Below are positions 20,455-32,235 of a DNA stretch of 64,000 bases, one piece after another; the stretch's first letter is position 1; every line of letters starts with the position of its first letter. The notes beneath the pieces were generated by a model that saw nothing but the letters and a program-made list of their open reading frames with translations, searched no databases and was not told where the DNA came from. Source of the stretch: an uncultured Planctomycetaceae bacterium (GTDB lineage Bacteria > Planctomycetota > Planctomycetia > Isosphaerales > Isosphaeraceae); contig CAWIAD010000001.1 of NCBI GenBank assembly GCA_963833985.1, positions 2,656,001 through 2,720,000 of the forward strand, written 5' to 3'. Made by a program: the position numbers and the translations under genes.

Positions 20455-23300
20455 ATGAGACTTGCCTCACGGATGTGCAGCCTGGTGGTTCTGCCGGCTC
20501 TGCTTTCCCCCTGCCTGTGCCTGCTCACCGCCTGCGCGCAGCAGCCGCGCAGACCGCCGCACAACCCTTCGCGCGGTGGATCGGCCAGGACGGGCACGAC
20601 TACGTGGGGCCCAATAACCGGCTCGAGCCCAGCGAGGTCCAGGACGTGCACATCGCGCTGGGGGGTCTTGATCCCCGGCGCGAGATCACGTTCGTGGACG
20701 TCACCAGCGACCAGAAGAACGAGCAGTGGCAGTACAACGCACCGTCCTTCGCCTGGAAAATGGAGACTCAAGCGGGTCCGGGCGCGCGCACGGCCGATCT
20801 CTTCCTGGAGCCGGGCCCCACCGAGACACCGCACGCTTATCACCTGACGATCCGCTACGACGACGGATCGACGCACCAGATAGAGGTCAGGGGCCGCAAG
20901 GCGAACCGCAACCTGCGCATGCCCGGCGCGGTGCTGGCGGCACGCTGGCTGGGGCAGGAAAAGCTGGACCATGTGGGACCGGGCCCGGCCGCGGGTCCGG
21001 ACGGCCTGGCCGACGCGCACATGGGCCTGGCGGGCCTGGCGGCCCGGCTGCCGGTCAAGGCGATCCGCATCGACGGTCCCGGCGCACTCAAGTGGGAGAC
21101 CGGCGCCAATCCCGATCTCCTTCCCGGCGCCGAGTTCCGGGCCGATCCGAAGAGACCAGGCGCGGGCGACCTCTTTTTCCAGCCCGACCGCGACCTCAGG
21201 GGGCAGAAGCTGCGGGTGCGGGTACTGTATGCGAACGACACATTCGATGCGGCCACCGTGACGGCCGGCCGATGCGATCCCCAGATGCGCATGCCGGAAG
21301 CACCCTTGCCCCGCGTCACCGAGCTCGCCGCGCAGACGCGCTGGGCCGGCCAGGAGGGGACGGACGTGACCGGCCCGGGCAATGTTCACGTGCATCTCTC
21401 GGGATTGAGCCGGACGCCGTCGATCGCGGCCGCCGTGCTCACCGACGCTGTCCACGGCACCTGGATCTATCGCGGCAGCGAGCGCATCACCCCCACGGTT
21501 TCACAGGGCGACGTGGCCGGCCCGCTGGCTATCCGCCCCGGCGCGGGCCGCGGCGCCCTCGACCTGTACTTTCCTCCCTACCGGGACGAGACCGGGTCGA
21601 CGATGACGCTGAGATTCGTCGGAACCGACGGCCGGATGAGCGTGGTGCGGATTCCGGGCGGTTCCTGCGATCCTGGCCGCTGTGCTCCGCCGCCGGAGCC
21701 GACCCGCGTTCAGGCCAGGGCCGGCGATGACCTCAGCGCGCTGGCGAACCAGTATGGTTCGGTGAGCCTGGCCGAGGGCACGTACCGCCTCACGCATCCG
21801 CTGGTGCTGAACCGGCCGGTGACGCTGGCGGCCGAGGGGAAGGCGACGCTGGTCTTCTCCCAGGATCCGGCCGACGCCCCCTGGACGGCGGCCATCAAGA
21901 TTCACCGCGGCCAGACAACCCTGCGCGGGTTCGCCGTGCGGTTCGAGGGGCCCATTCGCTGGGACGAGCAGGTGAGCTACGGGCCGGCGGTGATCGGCAC
22001 GACCGATAGCAAGGACCCGAACCATCCGGAGCTGCGCGTGGGCATCGTGCTCGACCGCCTTGACCTGGAGATCCCCAGTCCCGCGGACACCTCGAAGTGG
22101 ATCGACGCCCTGCGGCTCATGCGGCTGACCAATGCCCGGAGCGGGACGATCACCGGCAACGTTCTCCGGGGCGGTCCCATCGAATTGTTCGACGGGCCCT
22201 GGCGTATCGAGAACAACGACTTCCGCGGTACGCCTCCCGGCACAATCTCGCACGCCGTCTTCGTGGGCCATCACACCTACGACCTGCTCATCAAGGGGAA
22301 CCGGGTCAAGCCCGTCCTTCCCGATGGCAAGACCTGGCGCTTCCTGGTGCTCACCCACGCCGGCTGGGGAGACCGTATCGAGGAGAACACGATCGAGGGC
22401 ATCGGCTCGCTGGAGAACGATCGGATCCCGTCATCGAATGAGCCCGAGATCATCCTCACCGAGGCGTACCACCTGAGCTACGAGGGGAAGCTGGCCGGGC
22501 TCTCGAGTGACGGCCGGCTGATGCGGATTTACAAGCCGCAGGGACAGGAAGTGACCACGGGTGCAGCGGTGTCTCTGCTGTCGGGACCGGCGGCCGGCCA
22601 GTACCGGCGCATTGCGCAGGTCATCGATGCCGAGACGTTCCTCGTCGATGCCCCCATCCCCAAGGGGACCGAGGCCGTGTCAATTGCGCGGGGCTTCGTG
22701 GGTGAACAGTTCCGCAAGAACACCGTCGACATCCGGGGCGGCCGGCAGTCGGCCGGCATGGTCCTGGTGGGCAATCACTTCGGCACCCAGGTGACGGGCA
22801 ACCACTTCCTGGGCGGCGCCAATGGCATCCGGTTCGCGGCCTGTCCCACCGAGACGCCCGTCATCTGGGGCTGGTCGCATGCGCCGTTCCTTCAGGGCGC
22901 GATCGAGGACAACATTTTCGAGGACGCCGCTGGCGGCTCCATACTGGGGGTCGAGCACTCGGCGCAGCACGTGAAATCAAACAAGGGTCGCACGTACATG
23001 ACCATCGCCCTGAACCGCAACACCGTGCGCTGGAGCGATGGGTTCCTGCGGCGGGTGACCGGCTCCGAGGCAAGGTCGCAGCCCCCCGGCCTGATCCTCG
23101 GTTACGTTCCCTGTCACGACCCCGCCGAATTCGTGGTGACAGCCGCCGGCAACCGGCTGGATGCACCCCACGGACTGAAGGCCCCGGAGAGCCTCTGGAT
23201 CCGCGCGGCCCGGTATAACGGCCAGAACCTGCTGGACCGCAAGTACAGCCTCCCAGCCGGAGCCAGCACCGCGGACGCGGGTGGCCATTCGCGACGCTGA
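20455..23300 (+). CDS. Large secreted protein with three RWxGQ repeat domains and a right-handed beta-helix; frameshift ~20540 separates the signal peptide
   Basis: AGGAGG RBS and MRLASRM signal peptide in one frame, body in another; LAEGTYRLTHPLVL and repeated IxGN/IENN beta-helix motifs. Confidence 0.75.
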
Positions 23301-23418
23301 AGAACGCCTTCACGGTTCCAGCCGCGGATGCCGATGCCCGCCGGCCGCGAGTAGCGGCGCTCCCTCCCGTGAACGGCCAGAGGCGGCATCGTCCCGGCAA
23401 GGCCGTGTCAAACCAAGT

Positions 23419-23448
23419 GTCGGGTGGGTCAGCGCAGCGCAACCCACC
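23419..23448. repeat. Single REP-like palindrome GGTGGGTCAGCGCAGCGCAACCCACC
   Basis: GGTGGGT/ACCCACC stem in intergenic DNA. Confidence 0.6.
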
Positions 23449-23815
23449 GTCTGGCAGAGGTTTGCGTGCGCCGAGCTGTACCCGCTGCACGACTTCCGGG
23501 GCGGTCCCCCCACACGCCATGGTGGAATTGACGTAAGTGCTTCCAGATTCAACCTTTCTCTCATTCATCTCCTCCTCGCGGCCTGGAATCCGGCGGCATT
23601 TCGCCAGAATTAATCAAGTTCGGGATGGTTCGCCGCCGAAGGAAGCAGAGTGAAGAAACGGCACTCGCTCATTGCGAGCGCACCAGGACCAGGCTTCGTT
23701 GCGTAACGCTCCGATGCTGCGTGAGTCGACGTGTGATCAGGAAGATCGCCGTTGACCGATGATGCATCGATCCTTCGCGTCGCGCCGTTCTGACCGCGAG
23801 GAGGGCCATCTGCTC

Positions 23816-25804
23816 ATGCGCACCGCGTGTCTCTACCGAGGCCTCCTCCTCGTTCCGTTCTGCATGTTCGGCTGTTCACAAGGCTGGAACGTGCGGAAGC
23901 CGCCGGCGAATGACGTCAAGACGGTGGCGTCGGTGGGCGACCAGTCCTTGCCGATCCGCTCGGGCACGCCGGACTCCTCGGTACGCGCAGAGGATGCGGA
24001 GCCGATCTTGCCGGCCCCCAGCCGGGGGCGGCTCTCGGGCCGCGTCTATGACGAGGGCGGCAAGCCGGTGCCGGGCGCCAGGGTCCGGCTGGCCGTTGGT
24101 GGAGAGTCGGGCGGCAAGGCTGTCTCGGCCGTCACGGATCGCTCCGGGGCGTTCACCCTGCGCGGGGTGCGGCCGGGATCGTCCTACACGGTCATCGCCG
24201 AGTACGAGGGCGACGGCGGCCTCCAGAGCGGACGGATCGAGGCCGAGGCGCCTGATACCGACGTTCGCATCGGACTGCAAAGCCCGGCCGTGGAGCGCGA
24301 CGGTGCGAGGCGAACGAGCGCCCGGCCCGCGAAGCCCAACGTCGCGCCGATTTCCAGCGTCGAGGAGGCGGACGAGGCCGAGACGCCAGGCCCTCTCTCC
24401 CGCCGGACGAATCGCGAGGACATCGAGCCGCCTGCCGACGAGGCGGAAGCCGCGACCCAGGGCGAGCGTGGCGAACAACTGGCCCCGCGACTGTCCGTCT
24501 CTCAAGGCCCGGCCGGCAAGAACCAGGGATGGACCCAGGGCCGGGGCACGGCCGGTCGATCCGCACCCGGGCAAGGGCAGGGGAGCCAGGCCAGGACCGC
24601 CTCGGAAGAAACCATCGCTCATCCCTTCCCGAAGTCCGAGCAAGGCGGCGAGGACGACGAGGTCAACCCGCTGCCCCCGGCACTCGAGCCGGATCAAGCG
24701 GGAGCGAGCCGCGACCCGGACGACGCGCCGGATCGCTCGATCGCGCTGGCCCGGGCGCAGGGTGGAACAGAGCGTCCGCGCGGAGGAACCGGCACCCGGC
24801 GCGGTACGCCGGCCCCGGATGCCAGGGATGGAAGCGACGACGACACAGCCGCGCCGCAGCCACTGCCACAGGGAGTTCTGGGCGGTGCAGGCGGTGGGCA
24901 ACCCGATGGCTACGCACCGCTGCTGCTGACCGATCCCGACGCCGCACCACGCCCGCCGGCCCGCTCTCCACGAACGCCCGCGCGGAGCCTGGAAAACGAC
25001 CCCAGCGCGAGCCTGCCCCCGCGGCCTGCCCGCCAGGAGCGAACCGCCGCACTGCCTCCCCGACCCGTCGGTGTACCGCCGATCGCGCCCGTGCGACCGA
25101 CATGGGGCGAGCTGATCTTCAAGAAAGATCCCATTCCCCTGGACGAATCGCTGCAAAAGGTCTCGCGCGACCTGGCGGCCAGGACCGACGTCAACGAGCG
25201 AAAGATCGCCCAGCAGAACAGGGCCTTGCAGAAAACCGCCTCCCTGGCGCCGCCCGCGCTGCGGGCCGCGAGTACGAAGCCGTTCTGCCAGTACAACCCC
25301 GAGGAACGCAAGCTGGTCGATTTCCAGCTCCCCGACTCGACCGGCCGGATGGTCGCGTTCCGCGACTTCGATTCTGACCTGGTGCTGCTCGATTTCTGGG
25401 GAACCTGGTGCGGCCCGTGCCGCAAGTCGATCCCGCACCTGATCGAGATCCAGAAGACGCTGGGCGGCAAGAAGGTGCAGGTCGTGGGCATCGCCTGCGA
25501 GCGCAGCCCGGTGAAGAGCCGTGCCGCGCTCGTCGCCAAGGCCGTCAAGGAGATGAACATCAACTATCCGGTGCTCATCACCTCGAGCATGGACGGTTCC
25601 TGCCCCGTCCAGGAATCGTTCCAGGTTTTGTTCTACCCCACGATGATCCTTGTCGACCGCCAGGGAAGGGTCCTCTGGCGCGAGCAGGGAGCCACCGACG
25701 TGACACTCGCGCGTATGGACCGGTTCATCCTCAAGAACCTGAGCCGATCGCAACGGTCCGGCGAAGACGCCCCGGGCGCGCAACTGGCACGTCGGACGAA
25801 CTGA
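23816..25804 (+). CDS. Lipoprotein: carboxypeptidase-regulatory-like domain, long disordered linker, TlpA/redoxin domain
   Basis: MFGC lipobox; LSGRVYDEGGKPVPGARV...TDRSGAF; LLDFWGTWCGPC; YPTMILVDRQG. Confidence 0.85.
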   Translation: MRTACLYRGLLLVPFCMFGCSQGWNVRKPPANDVKTVASVGDQSLPIRSGTPDSSVRAEDAEPILPAPSRGRLSGRVYDEGGKPVPGARVRLAVGGESGGKAVSAVTDRSGAFTLRGVRPGSSYTVIAEYEGDGGLQSGRIEAEAPDTDVRIGLQSPAVERDGARRTSARPAKPNVAPISSVEEADEAETPGPLSRRTNREDIEPPADEAEAATQGERGEQLAPRLSVSQGPAGKNQGWTQGRGTAGRSAPGQGQGSQARTASEETIAHPFPKSEQGGEDDEVNPLPPALEPDQAGASRDPDDAPDRSIALARAQGGTERPRGGTGTRRGTPAPDARDGSDDDTAAPQPLPQGVLGGAGGGQPDGYAPLLLTDPDAAPRPPARSPRTPARSLENDPSASLPPRPARQERTAALPPRPVGVPPIAPVRPTWGELIFKKDPIPLDESLQKVSRDLAARTDVNERKIAQQNRALQKTASLAPPALRAASTKPFCQYNPEERKLVDFQLPDSTGRMVAFRDFDSDLVLLDFWGTWCGPCRKSIPHLIEIQKTLGGKKVQVVGIACERSPVKSRAALVAKAVKEMNINYPVLITSSMDGSCPVQESFQVLFYPTMILVDRQGRVLWREQGATDVTLARMDRFILKNLSRSQRSGEDAPGAQLARRTN

Positions 25805-25901
25805 GCCGGTTGCCGCGGAACCAGCGGGAGCGACGCTCCCAGGCACTTGCGGCGCTCCGTCCGATCGGCCAAGATCTCTGGCGGGCCGGTCTGGCCGGAT
25901 C

Positions 25902-27425
25902 ATGACACTCAATCACCGCACCACCTCCTGGCTGCTCGTCGCGGCGCTCACCGGCGTGCTCACGGCCGTGACCACGCTCCAGGCCCTGGAACGCTACCAC
26001 TCGTTCCGCACGGGCTGGTCCTGGGACCTCGCCTACTACAACCAGTGGTTCTGGTCGCTCACGAAATCGGACGGTCAGATCTCGGTCCGCCCGGTGGCCG
26101 CCTATGCCGAGGAGGGCCCCTCGGTCTGGAAGATGAATTACCTGGCGCCGATCCGTCTGGTGCTGGTTCCGCTTTACCTCATCAATCCCGACCCGCGCAC
26201 GCTGCTGGTGATCCAGAGCGTCGTGTTCTGGTGGATCATCCCCGCGGCCTACACGCTGGTGCGGTCGGAGTCGAGATCGGCGCTGCTGGGGGCCTCGGCG
26301 GCAGCCCTCGTGCCGTTCGTTCCGTTGCTCTGGCCGCTGGTCTGGAATGACTTCCGCGAGCTCCAGCTCGCCTTGCCGTTCGTGCTCTGGGCCGTTCAGG
26401 GAGTGCGCGGCCGCCATGGGTTGCTGGCCGCCACGGGCATTGCCGGAATGCTGGCCTGCCGCCAGGAGTTCGCGGTCATGGTGGCCACCTTCGCGTTCCT
26501 GCCGGCCAGAGACGAGGAGGACCTCACGCGCACCCTGCGATGGCGTCACGCGTTGTTCTCCGTCGGCCTGGCCTGGCTCCTCTTTGGCTTCTTCGCATAC
26601 CTCCGGTTTGTGGTCGGCCCGGGCGCTCCGAACCAGTTCATCGACCAGTTCCTCGGCCCGCGGGCGACGATCCTCCAGACGCTGGAGACCTCCTCGGACC
26701 TGCTCGTCTACGGCCTTGGAGGCTGGGTGCTGCTGGCCGCTCTGGCGCCCCGGGTGGCCATTCTCGCGGTCCCATGGGTCTGGAGCCTGTGCAACGGCCG
26801 CTGGGCCCTGCGCTACCTGGCCACGGAGGAGTGGCACCACGTGCGGTACACGGCCCTGCCCGTCGCCGTCATCCTGGCCGCCGGTCTGGTCGGCTACGCG
26901 CGGCTGGGCTCATGGGCGCTGCCTCGCCGCCGGGGCATCCTGCTCGTCGCCCTGGTGTGGATGGCGGTTGCCGGGTCTGGATCGCTGGGATTGCAAGAGA
27001 TCACTGCGCGCATGGCCCGCATTCCACGACCGATCAGCGCATCAGAGGCAGACGCCGTGTGGTACTGGGTCGGCCAGGTTGGGCCCAATGAAGGCGTGCT
27101 GGCTACCTATGAGGTGACCGCGCCGCTTTCTTCGCGCAAGCGGCTTTATAGCTACGTCCTGGATCAGAACAAGCCGCGCGGGTTTCCCACCCTTGGGCCT
27201 GATATCCAGTGGATCTTTCTTCGCAACCAGACTCTGGATTTCCGGCTTTTTCTCGATCAGGGGTTTGAAGTTGCACACCGAGGAGGCTTCCTGACCGTGC
27301 TGCACCGGGCGTCTCAGACACTACAAGGCCCACGCGAGCCGACGAGCCACAAGGATCCACGTGTGTATGATATGATCATGAATAGACGAGACCACGCAAT
27401 AAGCTTGAGAGGCGTTCGAAGCTAA
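25902..27425 (+). CDS. DUF2079-like multi-pass membrane protein (GT-C-like)
   Basis: SWDLAYYNQWFW; PRTLLVIQS; NDFRELQLALPF; LACRQE; stop codon TAA lies inside the adjacent MITE end. Confidence 0.8.
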   Translation: MTLNHRTTSWLLVAALTGVLTAVTTLQALERYHSFRTGWSWDLAYYNQWFWSLTKSDGQISVRPVAAYAEEGPSVWKMNYLAPIRLVLVPLYLINPDPRTLLVIQSVVFWWIIPAAYTLVRSESRSALLGASAAALVPFVPLLWPLVWNDFRELQLALPFVLWAVQGVRGRHGLLAATGIAGMLACRQEFAVMVATFAFLPARDEEDLTRTLRWRHALFSVGLAWLLFGFFAYLRFVVGPGAPNQFIDQFLGPRATILQTLETSSDLLVYGLGGWVLLAALAPRVAILAVPWVWSLCNGRWALRYLATEEWHHVRYTALPVAVILAAGLVGYARLGSWALPRRRGILLVALVWMAVAGSGSLGLQEITARMARIPRPISASEADAVWYWVGQVGPNEGVLATYEVTAPLSSRKRLYSYVLDQNKPRGFPTLGPDIQWIFLRNQTLDFRLFLDQGFEVAHRGGFLTVLHRASQTLQGPREPTSHKDPRVYDMIMNRRDHAISLRGVRS

Positions 27426-27527
27426 ATAGATCCTCGCCTCTTGGAATGTGGGCCAGCCGCCCTCGGCTGGCTCAGGTCGGCCGAGGGCGGCCGTTCCACA
27501 CGTTCCCTCTTACGGGGAGCTATTTAG
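27422..27527. mobile_element. 106-bp MITE/REPIN-like element, copy 1
   Basis: Terminal IR CTAAATAG/CTATTTAG; internal GCCGCCCTCGGC/GCCGAGGGCGGC stem; near-identical copy at 41356-41461. Confidence 0.85.
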
Positions 27528-29835
27528 CTCACCGACCACGCGGGGAGAGAGGCAGGGACGCTGGCTTCTGGCGATCGGATCGGATGCTCAACAGCTGATA
27601 GTTGAGCTTTCCCAGATAGTCCACATTTTCAAGCCGTTCAGGGTCCAGGGCGAGGGATCGCTGGGCGGCTTCGACTGCCCGAACAAGGGCCTCCTCAACC
27701 AGCGAATCATCACCGCTTTCAAAGGCATTTTTCTTGATCTGGTTGTGAGCCTCACTCAAGAGGCGGTAAGAATGAGCGCTGTCGGGATACTCCATGACGA
27801 GACGCTTGGCGATGGTCATGAGCCGTGCGGCGGATGCGCGCGCATCGTCGAGCCGGTGCAGTCTCCGCTACTGTCCCGCCACGTTTGCTGCGTCGTCCTG
27901 GAGAACTCTGAACGCTGCCGGGACCATGGATTTTGCCAGGCCGAGCTTTGAACAACGATCTCGAAGCCCGGCAATCAGCGCCACCGAGCCAGCTTCCGGA
28001 TCCTGATCGAAGGCCGCGGTGGAAGATGAGAAGCTGAAGGGCGAGAGCCATCCGACCGAAAGCACGAGCCACTCGGCGACGAAATGCTCGTAAGGATCAG
28101 AAGAGTTTCTCAGTTCGTGATGAGCCTTCGTCTCGAGATCACGTCGTGCGAACAACATTCTGAGCGTTTCCAGGCCCGGGGCAAACGCGTCCGACGAGCT
28201 TGCCATATCCGATCCAGCGAGATGGCTGAGTATCTGCCTGCTCAATCGTCTCGATCGTTCCTCTTCCCGCCTCTGACCGCTCTCTCCGAAGTGCTGGGCC
28301 AGAACGTGCATCATCTTGTAAAGTTTTGTGAGCAGATCGTCCGCGGAGCCGGTCGGCTCGGTGGCCATGTGGATGGCGGCTGCTTGCTCGAAGCAGTTCA
28401 GCGCATCCTCGAATTGCCCTGCCGCATTGGCCAGGACGCCGGAATAGTGAAGGGAACGGACGAGGCAAGCCTGAACTTCCTGGTTGTCGGGGTTGCTGGC
28501 CAGACTTCGTTTCAGGTCGACAACCGCCTGATTCAAGACATCGCGTGCTTCTTCGGGCTTGCTGGTATGCAGCAGCGCCCAGCCGATCTCCTGCTCGAGG
28601 ATGCCAAGCGTGGACGAAGGGAGGACGCCTTGGCGTTTCAGCTCGTTGGTGGAGCTGCGGAGTTTCAGGAGTGCCGCCCGCCTTTGTTCCGGCGTGCTCT
28701 TCTGCTGGATCGGGATGGATGACCGGAGGAAGGAAAGGATCTGATCGGCGGCGCTTGAGGAGAACTGTTCATAAGCTTCCGCTTGACGACGAGCTTCGAC
28801 GAGCCGCGCTCGTTCGTTTGCAACTCGGTTCAAGAGCAGAAACAGTCCAGCGATCCCCGTGATCAGCATCATTGCCAGCGCGGCCAGCAGGCCCGCGACG
28901 GCGGGACGCCGATTGCAGAGGCGCCAGGCGTGACCCATCGGGGAGACCGGTCGGGCCAGTATCGGACGACCGTCCAGCCAGAGACGCAGATCGCGGGCCA
29001 TCGACCCGGCGTTGGCGTAGCGGCGGCTCGGGTCCTTTTCCAGGCAGGTGAGGCAGATGGTTTCCAGGTCGCGAGCAATCCGGCCGCTCAACCGGCGCGG
29101 GGGAACGGGGTCCTGATGGCGCACCTGGTCGAGCGTCTCCGCGGTCGAGGTTCCTTGAAAGGGCGGACGGCCCGTCAGCAAGTGATACAGCAGCGCTCCC
29201 AGGGCATGGATATCGGCAGCGGCGCCGATCGTGCCAGGAAGGGCGGCGACCTGTTCGGGGGCCATGTACGACGGGGTGCCCTTGGGTCCGTTCGCTCCCG
29301 TCTGCGTGGCACCGGGCTCGCCCTCGAATCGGGCGATGCCAAAGTCGGAAACCTTGGGAGCGACTCTTTCCCAGGGGGCTCCTGGCTCTCCGTCAAGCAG
29401 GACGTTTGATGGTTTCAGATCGAGATGAAAAACTCCGCGTGCGTGAAAGTAAGCGACCGTGCGGGCGATCATCTCGGTGAGCCGGGCGGCATCCCGAGGC
29501 GGCAGCGGCTCCGTCAGTCGATCCTTGAGCGTTCCCCCTGCCACATATTCAATGACGAGCCAGAGCCACTCCTCGCTCTCGTCGACACGATGGATGGCCA
29601 CGACATGGTCGTGCGGCACCCGCGACAGCGCTCGTGCTTCCGCCAGCCAGTGCTCACGCGCGTGAGGATCGACCAGAGAGTTCCTGGGAATCAGCTTCAC
29701 GGCAACGTGGCGATCGAGCGCGGGTTCCCAGGCCAGGTAAACGGCACCCGCGCCACCCCGGCCGAGTTCGCGCTCGATCACCAGACCGGGAAGCGCCAGC
29801 GGTGTGTTCCAGGCCGGCGCGGTGTGAGCCTCTAA

Positions 29836-31835
29836 CCCATGTTTGGGGTGAGATCGCCTTCCGCGCGACTGCTGCCACGCATAATTCCTCTATTTTCCAG
29901 GGGTTGGCGAGCGGCATACCCGTTTTTTTCCGAAAAGTGTAGTGACAATATCGACGCGATTACTTCGGAATTTACCTTGATTTCGCCTTGAAATCGGCGC
30001 GTTCCGTCGTGATACTTCACGACATGTACCTGAGAACCATAAAAGTCCGGTCGTCCAGCGGTGCGCTGAACGAGTACGTCCGCGTCGTCGAAGCCTATCG
30101 CGACAACGGTAAGGTCAAGCAACGCACCGTGGCCGATCTGGGACGCAAGGACCTGCTTGCGGAATTGTTTCCCAAGCTAAAACGCTTGCTCGGTCAAGAT
30201 GTCGAGTCGGAGTCCGCTGGGGACGAGGATCTCGACATCCTGGACGCTTCCACCTGGGGGCCGGTCCTCGCCGTCCGGGCCTTGTTCGACCAACTCGGGC
30301 TCTGGACCATCCTCGACGAATCACTCGGCAAAGCCAAAGGCGTGCCGTTTACTGACCGGGCCTTCGTGCTCATTGCCAATCGCCTGATTCACCCCGCCAG
30401 CGAACACGGCTTGGCGGGGTGGCTGGAGACCGACTTCGTCTGTGATCGCCAAGGCCGCCGTTTTGTTCCTCGCTGGCACCAGCACAAGCGGGTTCGCGTC
30501 GACTTTCGCCAACTGGAGTCCTGGTACCGGACCCTCGATCAACTCGTGGACGCCAAGGAACGGATCGAGGTGGCTCTTTATCACCGCCTTCGCGACCTGT
30601 TCAGTATCAAGCCGGACCTGGTGCTCTATGACATCACGAGCACCTACTTCGAGGGAGCTGGACCGGCCAACTTCGCCAAGCATGGCTACAGTCGGGACGG
30701 CAAGCCGCACAACGTCCAGGTGATCGTCGGAGTGGTGATGGTGGGCGGCTGGCCGATCGCTCATCACGTTTGGGCCGGCAACGAAGTCGACCACCAGACC
30801 GTGCAGAAAGCCATTCGTGATCTGCACCAGCGATTTGGTTTCAGCCGCCTCGTTTTTGTCGGCGATCGAGGCATGATCACCAATGACAATCTGGAAGCGA
30901 TCACTGGCGACAAGCATGGCTATCTTGTGGGCGTGAAGAGAAGGCGGAACGCAAAGTTGACCAAGTGGCTGGCTGCCCTCGACGATGCCAAGTGGATTTC
31001 TTGCCCGGTAGGGATCACCGCCCGGGAAAAGGCCAATCCACCGCGCACTCGGGCGCAAGAGGTGCCGTCAGGAGTTGAAGGTTTGCGGATAATCATCGTC
31101 GATTCCGACGAGCGCCGCGAATACGAGCAAGCCATGCGTCAGAAGGCCATGGAGCGGACACATCAATCGCTCGAGAAGTTGCAGGGGCGTGTGGCGGCAG
31201 GGAAGTTGAAACAGCCCGAGAAGATTGGCGCCGCAGCCGAGCGCCTCCTGCAACGAAACCATGGCTATCGTTACTATTCGTGGGACCTCGACAAGGGGAT
31301 TTTCCGCTACTTTGAGAACACGAAGGGTCTGACCAATGAGCAGGGAATCGAAGGCAAGTATGTGATCGCCACGAGTGAAGCAGCGCTCAGCGTGCTTGAG
31401 GTCGTGGCGATCTACAAGGACCTGAGCGATGTCGAGCGCGGGTTTCGCCAGCTCAAGGACGTGCTGGCCATGCGGCCGATTTATCATCAGATTGAGGAAC
31501 GAGTAAAAGCACATATTTTCGTAGCTGCACTGGCATTACTGGTCCAGCGGCTATTGCACCGCCGACTTGAGCACGCTGGGATAGATTTCTCTCCAGAGAG
31601 GGCGATGCAAGCTCTCTCCACGCTCCGGGTGGTGACCCTCCGTCTCGACGATCAGCCCGAACGGCAAGGAGTCAGTGGAGGCTGCCCCGATGCGCGGCGG
31701 GTCCTGAAGGCGCTGGGCTTAACCGAGCTCAGGCCGCCAGCACCACCGGAAGACGAAAAAACCGTGATGTAGTGACAATCTGAAAAATCGCCCCTTGCGC
31801 CGCAAGGACTTAGGGCGACCCACCCCAAACATGGG
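29836..31835 (+). mobile_element. IS1634-family element A, copy 1 (2000 bp)
   Basis: IRs CCCATGTTTGGGGTG / CACCCCAAACATGGG; 4-bp target duplication CTAA. Confidence 0.95.
30024..31772 (+). CDS. IS1634-family DDE transposase (element A)
   Basis: LYDITSTYFEG; GYSRDGKP; FVGDRGM; YKDLSDVERGFRQLK..RPIYH. Confidence 0.95.
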   Translation: MYLRTIKVRSSSGALNEYVRVVEAYRDNGKVKQRTVADLGRKDLLAELFPKLKRLLGQDVESESAGDEDLDILDASTWGPVLAVRALFDQLGLWTILDESLGKAKGVPFTDRAFVLIANRLIHPASEHGLAGWLETDFVCDRQGRRFVPRWHQHKRVRVDFRQLESWYRTLDQLVDAKERIEVALYHRLRDLFSIKPDLVLYDITSTYFEGAGPANFAKHGYSRDGKPHNVQVIVGVVMVGGWPIAHHVWAGNEVDHQTVQKAIRDLHQRFGFSRLVFVGDRGMITNDNLEAITGDKHGYLVGVKRRRNAKLTKWLAALDDAKWISCPVGITAREKANPPRTRAQEVPSGVEGLRIIIVDSDERREYEQAMRQKAMERTHQSLEKLQGRVAAGKLKQPEKIGAAAERLLQRNHGYRYYSWDLDKGIFRYFENTKGLTNEQGIEGKYVIATSEAALSVLEVVAIYKDLSDVERGFRQLKDVLAMRPIYHQIEERVKAHIFVAALALLVQRLLHRRLEHAGIDFSPERAMQALSTLRVVTLRLDDQPERQGVSGGCPDARRVLKALGLTELRPPAPPEDEKTVM

Positions 31836-32235
31836 CTAACGGAAGCGTTCTCGTTGCGGCTTCAAGGATCTTCTGGCATTCGGCACACTGCTCGACATGT
31901 CCTTCCAGGCTCGCGAACGTGGCCTCGCCGACGGCCTCGGTGCCGATCAATCGGAGGGCCGCTTCCGAGGGGCAGTGGATCATGGTCGCTGTGGCCTTGT
32001 GTTGGAGTTCGAGCGCACCAGTTCGGCCAGGCGGCGCTCTCCTTCCCTGGCAAGTCGGTCGAGCACGCGCTTGTGGGCGGCATGCGCGGCGAGATAAGTC
32101 ATCTTCAGGGCCTCGGCGGTCTCACGCGTGGTCCAGCCGTCGATCGAGATATGCCAGAATACCTCCCAGGATTGAGAGTGGACCTTCTCGCGGACAATGG
32201 ATTGAACCTCTCCGGCAAGATCCAGCAAGATCAAT

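Larger units (their letters stand above)
27529..31983 (-). pseudogene. Membrane Ser/Thr kinase (N-terminal HxxxCxxC zinc finger, kinase, TM, TPR-like), disrupted by IS1634-A and an in-frame TAG at 27868-27870
   Basis: Removing the IS and one CTAA restores MIHCPSE...HVEQCAEC...TLPLEAHTAP...LGRGGAGAVY in frame; HLDLKPSN, SDFG, GTPSYMAPEQ; frame continues past the TAG to 27529. Confidence 0.9.

Noticed and set aside
23876..25912. 678-aa minus-strand ORF
   Set aside because: Antisense shadow of the TlpA lipoprotein gene.
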